From positions 20,867-84,866 of IMG/VR virus record IMGVR_UViG_3300034407_003683: a stretch of DNA of 64,000 bases. The stretch is one strand, 5' to 3'. The position numbers were made by a program, and so were the translations under genes. Under the pieces are notes generated by a model. That model saw only the letters and a program-made list of their open reading frames with translations. It was not told the DNA's origin and made no database searches. Of this stretch, positions 49,633 through 56,151 are shown in pieces. The stretch comes from a virus. Every line of letters starts with the position of its first letter. Within the stretch, counting starts at the first letter, position 1.

Positions 49633-50765
49633 TTATCCAATACCCTTAACAAGATTGTATCACTATTAAGTCTGCCATTTGGTACAGTAGATTTAGTAGT
49701 GAGTTTTTTCCATTCCTTATCAATTTGATTTGGACTTTTACCTAATGCAAATGGTAGGAAATCATTTGGTTTTCTTAGTCGTACAGCTCTACTCTGAGGA
49801 CTAATATTCTTAATTGACGTACCTGAGATTTCAAATCCACTAGGGCTTTCGGTTATATACTCTGTAATTACACGAGTCTTTGTGTTAAATGTGTATAACC
49901 TAAATGAACCAACAACTTTAATTGGTGGAATTGATACCAATTTAAAGTCTGTATCCTCTTTTTTATATTGTACCTTAGAGATTTGTTTGTCTGCTGCACG
50001 AGGTCCCTTAACCTTTGTGGCTCTGGTAGCCCGTGCAGCAGATTTAATACGATCAAGGTCTGCCAACATTGTCTGACATTCCTCGACCCTACGTTTGAGT
50101 TCTGGTTTTTTCAGGTGTGAATAACCTTCCACAGCCTGTTCACAACGCTTGTGATAAGCGTCTTCATAATCTAATAACCATCCCTCAATTACGGAACGAA
50201 CTGGTATGGTTGCAGAACCACTCAGCCCATGTTTCTTAAATTGATTATACACATCCAATGTAGCTTTTTCACCAGCCATCCATGCATCTTCTAATTCCAA
50301 TAAATCTTGCATAATAGTATTAGAGATTTTATTGGCAAGTCGTTGTGCTGGTGAAAGTGTTACAATATTCTCTTCTTTAGTATCTGCCTTCTTTTCAGCC
50401 AATAGTACTCTACCGACTTCCAATAGTTCTTGCATATAGTTATTAAGAGAATTAGCCCAATATTCTACAATATCACTGCTCGGTAAATCTGAATTTAACC
50501 AAAATGATATGGCAGAATAATGAGTAAAAGCATAGAACTTATATTCAGGATTTGCAGTAATGGCTGCAGCATCCTTTTTATTAAAAGTTCTTTTTACATA
50601 ATTTTTAATCGTGCCCGATAAATCCTTACGATCGACTTCGAAATGGAAGTAAATTTTTACTGCCTCAAATCCTTTGTCGATCGGAGCAGCGGCCAGACCT
50701 GTTTTGGATCTAGCTCTTGGTGCTCTTTTTTTAATTTTTTTACCTTTTAATGCGGTCAAAGCCAT
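49629..50765 (-). CDS. Conserved early hypothetical protein of T4-like phages
   Basis: 378 aa behind an early promoter, coupled to gp33. No function recognised. Confidence 0.75.
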   Translation of the reverse strand: MALTALKGKKIKKRAPRARSKTGLAAAPIDKGFEAVKIYFHFEVDRKDLSGTIKNYVKRTFNKKDAAAITANPEYKFYAFTHYSAISFWLNSDLPSSDIVEYWANSLNNYMQELLEVGRVLLAEKKADTKEENIVTLSPAQRLANKISNTIMQDLLELEDAWMAGEKATLDVYNQFKKHGLSGSATIPVRSVIEGWLLDYEDAYHKRCEQAVEGYSHLKKPELKRRVEECQTMLADLDRIKSAARATRATKVKGPRAADKQISKVQYKKEDTDFKLVSIPPIKVVGSFRLYTFNTKTRVITEYITESPSGFEISGTSIKNISPQSRAVRLRKPNDFLPFALGKSPNQIDKEWKKLTTKSTVPNGRLNSDTILLRVLDK

Positions 50766-50797
50766 GATAACTCCTCTGCCTTTTTGATTATGGTACT

Positions 50798-50827
50798 ATT
50801 CTATCATACTTTTGGCGTCTTGTAAAC
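50798..50827 (-). promoter_or_regulatory. Early promoter GTTTACA-17-TAGAAT (TG extended -10) with conserved leader
   Basis: -35 at 50821-50826, -10 at 50798-50803, leader AGTACCATAATCAAAAAGG, then GAGGAG SD. Confidence 0.85.
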
Positions 50828-50852
50828 CCCTAAAATGCATTTATTTACATTT

Positions 50853-51200
50853 TTATCCGCGGCGCATTCTGGCAATTTCGTAGGCATCGTTAGAATCCTT
50901 ACGAATGGGAACACTATTGGACTTATGAAGAGTGCCAATCCCAGCGAGCTCATCACCGGTATATTGGTTAGCCTTACGCTTACCTTCTACCTTCATGATG
51001 AGGTCGCTGGTGGGCACAGTCTCGGCCACGGTATAATCTGGAAGGTCAGCTTTCCAGCGAGTAGTACTCTTTTGATATCCTAAAGACTTGAGGAGCTTGG
51101 CAGTCTCTGCTTCGGCGCGGAGAACAGCGGCAGTCTTTTTGGAGGTCTTTCTCTTACGAGTTGAGAGTGTACTCATACCACGGACGAGGTGCATAGTCAT
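50853..51200 (-). CDS. Conserved basic hypothetical protein of T4-like phages
   Basis: C-terminal YTG...GIGTLHKSNSVPI...EIARMRR motif. Confidence 0.75.
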   Translation of the reverse strand: MTMHLVRGMSTLSTRKRKTSKKTAAVLRAEAETAKLLKSLGYQKSTTRWKADLPDYTVAETVPTSDLIMKVEGKRKANQYTGDELAGIGTLHKSNSVPIRKDSNDAYEIARMRRG

Positions 51201-51499
51201 TACTGTAATAATCCTTTCGTTTTAGGAATAATAATGCTTGATGTCATACTCGAGTATTGGGTTGCCAATTGCTCGATTGTCTTAATAACAAATAGAACAT
51301 TATTTTTATTAAACTGAAAATCGCCTTTAGGTTCCTCGCCTGTCATACAAATACCAGGAACCATTGCCATACCTTCTTGTGTAATCTGTACCATACGAGG
51401 TTTATTGATCACAATCACTTGGTCCAGTTGCTCTACAAATTTACCAATAACTTCTGCGCCGTTGACAAACACAACAGTTACAATATCATCTTTTTTCAT
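51200..51499 (-). CDS. Putative Sm/LSm-like fold protein
   Basis: IVTVVFVNGAEVIGK...IVINKPRMV...NVLFV...LATQY beta-rich pattern. Confidence 0.5.
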   Translation of the reverse strand: MKKDDIVTVVFVNGAEVIGKFVEQLDQVIVINKPRMVQITQEGMAMVPGICMTGEEPKGDFQFNKNNVLFVIKTIEQLATQYSSMTSSIIIPKTKGLLQ

Positions 51500-51663
51500 C
51501 TACCGTATCCTTTAGCAGTCATTTCATTGATTCGTTCTTGAAGATACTGACGGACGATTTTCTGAATACCATCATATTGTCCGTCAGTAATATTTTTCAT
51601 TCTTTCAAGTTCACCCTCAAACACACGAACTGCCATCATACGATCACTTGATAAATTTTCCAT
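51496..51663 (-). CDS. 55-aa hypothetical protein (missed by track), probably leaderless
   Basis: MENLSSDRMMAVRVFEGELERMKNITDGQYDGIQKIVRQYLQERINEMTAKGYGR*. Its stop overlaps the next ATG (ATGA). Confidence 0.7.
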   Translation of the reverse strand: MENLSSDRMMAVRVFEGELERMKNITDGQYDGIQKIVRQYLQERINEMTAKGYGR

Positions 51664-51667
51664 TATA

Positions 51668-52330
51668 CTATTCTATCACACTTTGTGGTGCTTGTAAACC
51701 ACTAATTGCATCAACCATAACTTTTGCATCTGCAAGTTCATCAGCTTTTAATGCTGTAACATTATCATCCAACTCCTTGAATGCTCGTGTCTCACGTAAT
51801 TTCTCAAGTAAGAATTCATTCTGACTAATACGGGTTTTAATAACAGCATTTGCGGTAGAGTTTTTATATTCAAGTAGAACGTATGCACGATATTGTGTAC
51901 CATTTTGCACAATTTCTTGTTCTTTTACCGAATATCCTGCAACATCTGCATCTGCAATAATGTTACGAGTCACTTGTTCAAAATTGTTTTGGACAGTAGC
52001 ATCAAAGTCTGTTGATCCCAATTTAGTTTTAAACAATTTCATTTGTGAACGAATTCGGCTATCAATACGATCAGCCAGTGTAGTCTTTGCAGATAGTACT
52101 GCAATATCAACCGCCAATTGTAGATCAGGTGTTACTGCAGTACCTACAGCATATACAGCATCATCCTCTTTAGGAATGGCAGTATACCATTTAGGCATAT
52201 CATCAATTTGAGTTTTGACTTGAGCAGATTGATAATCATACATCTGTTTTGACATTACTGTCTCTGGTGGGGTTTTTTCACAGGCGCTAAGTGCAATCGC
52301 TGCAATTGGGATTAATACTAACTTTTTCAT
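51668..52330 (-). CDS. Lipoprotein (LPP20-like); start corrected to 52330
   Basis: MKKLVLIPIAAIALSAC lipobox, PKWY, YAVGTA...AVDIAVLSAKTTLA and YRAYVL. GGAG SD. Confidence 0.8.
   Translation of the reverse strand: MKKLVLIPIAAIALSACEKTPPETVMSKQMYDYQSAQVKTQIDDMPKWYTAIPKEDDAVYAVGTAVTPDLQLAVDIAVLSAKTTLADRIDSRIRSQMKLFKTKLGSTDFDATVQNNFEQVTRNIIADADVAGYSVKEQEIVQNGTQYRAYVLLEYKNSTANAVIKTRISQNEFLLEKLRETRAFKELDDNVTALKADELADAKVMVDAISGLQAPQSVIE
51670..51699 (-). promoter_or_regulatory. Early promoter embedded in the last codons of the lipoprotein gene
   Basis: GTTTACA (51693-51699), 17 nt ending GTGTGA, then TAGAAT (51670-51675), 6 nt, and ATG. Confidence 0.75.
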
Positions 52331-52331
52331 T

Positions 52332-52457
52332 TTATACTCCATTAAGAACTGCGACAATATTATCGCGCATACCGGAACTGACAAACCAATTTAAGATTTC
52401 CGGCTGATAAATTACAATGGCAATGCCACTAAAAATACCCATAATATAACTGATCAT
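52332..52457 (-). CDS. 41-aa membrane protein (missed by track)
   Basis: MISYIMGIFSGIAIVIYQPEILNWFVSSGMRDNIVAVLNGV*. GGAG SD and ATGA overlap with the upstream stop. Confidence 0.65.
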   Translation of the reverse strand: MISYIMGIFSGIAIVIYQPEILNWFVSSGMRDNIVAVLNGV

Positions 52458-52741
52458 CAAAATACTCCTATGCTGACCAATGTGCTGAATAGTTTAGATA
52501 CACCGTGTGAATTCTCTTCAACACCAAATAAGAACTCACCAAAACTTCTATTTTTAGAAGGAATTTCTTTTTCGACAATGATTATATCAGGTGGTGGAGA
52601 ATTACTACAGTCGTATTTCTCTACAGCTTCAATAGTACTACCATCCTTATATTGGATTTGTTTACTATAAAAGCATTCCTGAGCTTGGACATTAGTTCCA
52701 ATCATTATCCATAGCAATGGTATCACGCATTTTTTCACCAT
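52457..52741 (-). CDS. Signal-peptide-bearing small protein (start probably 52741)
   Basis: MVKKCVIPLLWIMIGTNVQA-QECFYS with two Cys and a C-terminal amphipathic segment. GGAG SD. Overlaps the upstream ORF by 50 nt. Confidence 0.55.
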   Translation of the reverse strand: MVKKCVIPLLWIMIGTNVQAQECFYSKQIQYKDGSTIEAVEKYDCSNSPPPDIIIVEKEIPSKNRSFGEFLFGVEENSHGVSKLFSTLVSIGVF

Positions 52742-52988
52742 AATATTTCTCCGCGTATTGAGGTGCATCCTGATAATGATTATGATTTTCGTCCATTTTG
52801 GAAATCATATCGTCAAACTTTTTACGCTCAGGCTTGTCTACCTCGTCAACATATTTACGAACACGAGCGGCACTTGCGGCCAACCTTGCACGTCTTGCTT
52901 TACGAATAGCAAATCTTTCGGATGCCTCACGAATTGCATCCATCCGCTCATCATATGTAGAATTTTTAGTAATAACAATATTCGACAT
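52692..52988 (-). CDS. Hypothetical early protein
   Basis: 98 aa, coupled to 52988..53272. Ends YYGE...DNDWN. Confidence 0.65.
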   Translation of the reverse strand: MSNIVITKNSTYDERMDAIREASERFAIRKARRARLAASAARVRKYVDEVDKPERKKFDDMISKMDENHNHYQDAPQYAEKYYGEKMRDTIAMDNDWN

Positions 52989-53272
52989 TAAACAATCTCC
53001 ATCATTTTTGCTTCAGCTGCAGTATTCAGAATAGTCTGCCACATCTGTTTAGCACCATCATCTGTTTCGAAAAATTCTTCTGTGGCAAAATCCATTGATG
53101 ATGAGAAATAAAGAGTATTTGCGACACCATATGTCTCTACCCAATGTACACCATCTTCGATATCATCTGCGCGGCGGCGGATCTCACCTTCGGTTGTCAT
53201 AATACAGAAACGTAGACCACCTTCGTCTGCGTTAACAAAATTAATACCTAGATCCAAAGTTTTGTTAGTCAT
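52988..53272 (-). CDS. Hypothetical early protein
   Basis: 94 aa with GAGGAG SD directly behind an early promoter. Confidence 0.75.
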   Translation of the reverse strand: MTNKTLDLGINFVNADEGGLRFCIMTTEGEIRRRADDIEDGVHWVETYGVANTLYFSSSMDFATEEFFETDDGAKQMWQTILNTAAEAKMMEIV

Positions 53273-53310
53273 AATAAAAGCTCCTCTATTGCCTTTTTGA
53301 TTATGGTACT

Positions 53311-53340
53311 ATTATATCATACAAAAATGCATTTGTAAAC
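53311..53340 (-). promoter_or_regulatory. Early promoter GTTTACA-17-TATAAT with conserved leader
   Basis: -35 at 53334-53339, -10 at 53311-53316, leader AGTACCATAATCAAAAAGG. Confidence 0.85.
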
Positions 53341-53389
53341 AAAAAAACGCACTAAAATATGTAATAAAAACAACCAGTAGTAAAATAGT

Positions 53390-53653
53390 TTAGGAGCGAT
53401 ATATCTTAAGGAGATGTTCTTCGAACTGTTCAACCTTATCTATTCGATTAGGCCACAGGATATATTCTTTTTCTGGGTTCTTTTTGAGATTATTAAGGAG
53501 AGGAATAATGGCATTATAAAGTTTATCCAATTTTTCCTGAGTTGTTGTTGCTTCTACGGCTACATCACCGGCGGCTTTTTGAGCATCTTGTACGGCCTGA
53601 AGTTCTGATTCATCAACTGCAGTAAAACCAAAATCAAACATATTATCAGACAT
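53390..53653 (-). CDS. Conserved hypothetical protein (start corrected to 53653)
   Basis: FDFGFTAVDESEL...LYNAIIPLLNNLKKNPEKEYILWPNR. AAGGAG SD. Confidence 0.75.
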   Translation of the reverse strand: MSDNMFDFGFTAVDESELQAVQDAQKAAGDVAVEATTTQEKLDKLYNAIIPLLNNLKKNPEKEYILWPNRIDKVEQFEEHLLKIYRS

Positions 53654-53780
53654 GCCCATCTCTCCTTTGGTACATATATTGGACAAAGCAGACCCAGGCT
53701 AAGATAGCCCAAAAGAATCCACCTTGGCTAATTAGATAGGCAAAAATACTTACCATCACATAATCATACCATCTTAACAT
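53646..53780 (-). CDS. 44-aa membrane protein (missed by track)
   Basis: MLRWYDYVMVSIFAYLISQGGFFWAILAWVCFVQYMYQRRDGHV*. GAGGAG SD; the stop overlaps the next gene. Confidence 0.7.
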   Translation of the reverse strand: MLRWYDYVMVSIFAYLISQGGFFWAILAWVCFVQYMYQRRDGHV

Positions 53781-53793
53781 TGGGTCTCCTCAA

Positions 53794-54129
53794 TTAGAAT
53801 GAAATTTTACCGCCTACGATTGTGGCAGTTTGCTTGAAGTCTGCATCGAAATCATTTTCCATGTATACAGAAATATTATCTGTTACCGCATACTTGATAT
53901 CAATGTCTGATGAATTAACATTAAATGCGCCTTGATCAGCAGTTGTATCAACCATCTTAGTAGTTACACCAAGAGTAAAATCACCAGAAGCGATTGATGG
54001 GCCAAAATAAATCTCGTTAACTTCTGTGTCGAGATTACGCTCTACACCAACAGTTGTTGTGATTGTAGACTCAGCATTTGCTGCTGATGCGAAACCAGCG
54101 GCAAACAGTGCAACCATTACTTTTTTCAT
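53794..54129 (-). CDS. Small outer-membrane beta-barrel-like protein
   Basis: Signal peptide MKKVMVALFAAGFASAANA, alternating beta-strands, and a terminal Phe (GGKISF). Confidence 0.7.
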   Translation of the reverse strand: MKKVMVALFAAGFASAANAESTITTTVGVERNLDTEVNEIYFGPSIASGDFTLGVTTKMVDTTADQGAFNVNSSDIDIKYAVTDNISVYMENDFDADFKQTATIVGGKISF

Positions 54130-54156
54130 TTTATTATTATCTTTCTTTATTAGATG

Positions 54157-54300
54157 TTAAAAGTGGGAAGGAACCCCGCATCGCAGTGAACCTTCCCTTA
54201 TTAAGCAGAGCCTAGTTATAGATCTAGGATGCATTCTCCTTTATTGTTATCGTCCCTGACAGTAAGGACTATCGGGTCTATTAGGGGACCAACCCATTAC
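54157..54300 (-). ncRNA. Candidate structured RNA/leader with a 25-codon uORF upstream of the OMP-like gene
   Basis: Stems GGTC/GACC, GTCCT/AGGGAC, CCTAG/CTAGG and GGGAAGG/CCTTCCC followed by ACTTTT. AAGGAG precedes ATG at 54234, which runs to TAA at 54157. Confidence 0.35.
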
Positions 54301-54301
54301 G

Positions 54302-54457
54302 TTATTTATTCTTTCTAATTTTTCTATTCTTAGAATATTCTCTTTGTAGTACCTCGGCAGCAATATCTTTTCTCTCACGCCGGCGCTTCCGGGCAGATTC
54401 ACTTTTAAGGATTCGTTTTTCCTTTGACTCTATTTTAAATTCATGTTCTAGTTCCAT
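54302..54457 (-). CDS. 51-aa highly basic protein (missed by track)
   Basis: MELEHEFKIESKEKRILKSESARKRRRERKDIAAEVLQREYSKNRKIRKNK*. GGAGG SD. Confidence 0.65.
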   Translation of the reverse strand: MELEHEFKIESKEKRILKSESARKRRRERKDIAAEVLQREYSKNRKIRKNK

Positions 54458-54475
54458 GTTTCCTCCATAAAGATT

Positions 54476-54550
54476 TGGAGCGGGTACGGAGAGTCGAACT
54501 CCGATCTTCAGCTTGGAAGGCTGTAGTAATAGCCATTATACTATACCCGC
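54476..54550 (-). tRNA. tRNA-Gly(TCC)
   Basis: GCGGGTA...CAGC-CTTCCAA-GCTG...GGAGTTCGACTCTCC-GTACCCGC-T-CCA; CCA is encoded. Confidence 0.95.
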
Positions 54551-54553
54551 ATA

Positions 54554-54629
54554 TGGTACTCGGTGAGGGATTTGAACCCCCGACAAACGCGTTATGAGCA
54601 CGTGGTTCTAACCGCTGAACTAACCGAGT
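54554..54629 (-). tRNA. tRNA with CAT anticodon (elongator Met or Ile2; not initiator)
   Basis: ACTCGGT/ACCGAGT acceptor stem, ACGTG-CTCATAA-CGCGT anticodon arm, TTCAAAT T-loop and CCA. It lacks the C1:A72 mismatch and GGG/CCC pairs of fMet. Confidence 0.9.
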
Positions 54630-54634
54630 AAATT

Positions 54635-54711
54635 TGGCGATTCCGAGAGGATTCGAACCCCTGACCCATTGCTTAGAAGGCAATTGCTCTATCCAACTGA
54701 GCTACGGAACC
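54635..54711 (-). tRNA. tRNA-Arg(TCT)
   Basis: GGTTCCG...ATTGC-CTTCTAA-GCAAT...GGGGTTCGAATCCTC-TCGGAATC-G-CCA. Confidence 0.95.
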
Positions 54712-54800
54712 AATAATCTAGCCGCCCCCTGCAGAGGTTTGACTTTAGTTCAAGCGGAAAGGAATACGCTATCCCATGGTGTCGGCCAGACCATTATAAG

Positions 54801-54852
54801 ATTTAGAAGATGCTCTACTGAGAGAGGAGCGAGACAGGAGCATCTTCTAAAT
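54801..54852. repeat. Perfect 15-bp inverted repeat (long hairpin) upstream of the tRNA cluster
   Basis: ATTTAGAAGATGCTC (54801-54815) and GAGCATCTTCTAAAT (54838-54852) flank a 22-nt spacer that contains an extra CTG/CAG pairing. Confidence 0.9.
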
Positions 54853-55097
54853 TAGTAAATCCATTCAACTTCAATACCAAATTCTTTTTTACCTTCGTAT
54901 TTATCGGTCGCACTATTATAACCACTATTATAATATGTCTGCATACCAATTACTTTTTTACCAGCAGTTTCGTAATCTTCACGAAGCATATCAAATGCTT
55001 CTTTTAATGCAGAAGGTTCTCCGTTCGATTCATAACCAGTAATAGGGTGAGTGGTAAACATAGAACCAAATGCTTTAGATGTTTGTACTTTAGCCAT
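54852..55097 (-). CDS. Hypothetical early protein
   Basis: 81 aa, coupled to 55097..55399. Confidence 0.7.
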   Translation of the reverse strand: MAKVQTSKAFGSMFTTHPITGYESNGEPSALKEAFDMLREDYETAGKKVIGMQTYYNSGYNSATDKYEGKKEFGIEVEWIY

Positions 55098-55399
55098 TAT
55101 GCTGCCCTCTTTTCGAACTGTTGATATACCTCATTTAGATCTTCGAGGGTACAACAAAGACTCAACAGATACCTAGCATGTGACTTTGATGTCACATTTG
55201 CAATATAATCAAACAGACCATAATACTCCATCTGGTACTCGTATTGCTCAACAGTGGTAATACCTTGTTCTGCCCAATGAGCTGGGTCAGAGACAGTCAT
55301 GCCGTAATAAGATCCAGGATTTTCATCCATCCACTTTTTACCTTCGGCATTCTTTGATTCGATGTGATCACGTAATGCGATTTGTGATTTTGCAAACAT
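55097..55399 (-). CDS. Hypothetical early protein
   Basis: 100 aa with GAGGAG SD behind an early promoter. Confidence 0.75.
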   Translation of the reverse strand: MFAKSQIALRDHIESKNAEGKKWMDENPGSYYGMTVSDPAHWAEQGITTVEQYEYQMEYYGLFDYIANVTSKSHARYLLSLCCTLEDLNEVYQQFEKRAA

Positions 55400-55432
55400 A
55401 TAAGGCTCCTCTTCCTTTTTGATTATGATATT

Positions 55433-55462
55433 ATTATATCATACTTTTTTGAATATGTAAAC
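55433..55462 (-). promoter_or_regulatory. Early promoter GTTTACA-17-TATAAT with conserved leader
   Basis: -35 at 55456-55461, -10 at 55433-55438, leader AATATCATAATCAAAAAGG. Confidence 0.85.
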
Positions 55463-55490
55463 CCCTAAAATGCATTTTTTTTAATTTATT

Positions 55491-55724
55491 TTAATATGGG
55501 TTACCACTACCATCTACACCAGATACCACAATTGGTGGGCACTCACATACTTTAGTTGTAGCAATCTGATTAGTTAATTCATCAATTCGCTTATATGCAT
55601 TCTGCAATTGTTCTTGTAATTCGTAGACATTTTTTTCCAAAAGTTCAATATGTCCATCTCTGTTCATAATTTCCCTCCGAAAAAGTTCCGTTTCCGATTG
55701 TTCGTGATCTTGAAATTCTGCCAT
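55491..55724 (-). CDS. Small coiled-coil protein (start may be the internal MNRDG)
   Basis: Heptads LLEKNVYELQEQLQNAYKRIDELTNQ. GGAGG precedes the internal ATG. Confidence 0.55.
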   Translation of the reverse strand: MAEFQDHEQSETELFRREIMNRDGHIELLEKNVYELQEQLQNAYKRIDELTNQIATTKVCECPPIVVSGVDGSGNPY

Positions 55725-56089
55725 TGTTCTAATAAAACCTCCTGTAATTCATATGCTTCTATCTCCCACGGTAAATTCATATATTCTTCATGACTGCTAT
55801 AGAAATTACATTCAGTAAAGAATTCCTTATAGACTAATTGTTTAACGTGTACCATCTCATGAAAGATAGTGGTTGTAAAATCATCACCTAGGCCTAGTTT
55901 TTTGTCAATATCAATTTGATATTCTCTTTTACCAATATCTAGACATGTACCGTGATAACCTTTGAGTTTCCTTAGTGTGATATTAATTTCACATTTTTTG
56001 ATTCGAGGCATTAATTGTCGCCAAGTGAATGATGCACACTCAAATGCAATTTCTCTTTGCCGTTTACTTCCACCTTCTACAAAAATCAT
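55664..56089 (-). CDS. Zn-metallopeptidase-like (HExxH) protein
   Basis: TTIFHEMVHVKQ and YMNLPWEIEAY. GAGG SD behind an early promoter. Confidence 0.8.
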   Translation of the reverse strand: MIFVEGGSKRQREIAFECASFTWRQLMPRIKKCEINITLRKLKGYHGTCLDIGKREYQIDIDKKLGLGDDFTTTIFHEMVHVKQLVYKEFFTECNFYSSHEEYMNLPWEIEAYELQEVLLEQWQNFKITNNRKRNFFGGKL

Positions 56090-56116
56090 AAGACACCTCT
56101 TTTTGATTATGATACT

Positions 56117-56146
56117 ATTATATCATACTTTTTCGGAGATGTAAAC
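56117..56146 (-). promoter_or_regulatory. Early promoter GTTTACA-17-TATAAT with conserved leader
   Basis: -35 at 56140-56145, -10 at 56117-56122, leader AGTATCATAATCAAAAAGAGG. Confidence 0.85.
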
Positions 56147-56151
56147 CCCTT

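Noticed and set aside
44961-52768. ORF-track starts at 44961, 45970, 49374, 52384 and 52768 (also 53686 and 58935)
   Set aside because: Downstream ATGs have better SD sites or stop-start coupling, and the extensions overlap neighbouring genes or promoters.
54157-54300. tmRNA
   Set aside because: No tRNA-like acceptor or T-arm ending in CCA, and no tag frame ending in a plausible ALAA-type degron.
54302-54457. Ribosomal protein bS21 (rpsU) call
   Set aside because: It lacks the N-terminal V...(E/D)xALRxFK segment and the YEKPS motif, so it is kept only as a basic peptide.
54712-54780. SAM-II/SAM-V riboswitch (CCGC-TTGAAC...GCGG)
   Set aside because: Only a partial motif match, and it is followed by a tRNA rather than an SD and ORF.
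54441-54855. ORFs 54441..54683 (-) and 54634..54855 (+)
   Set aside because: They run through tRNA genes and are chance open frames.
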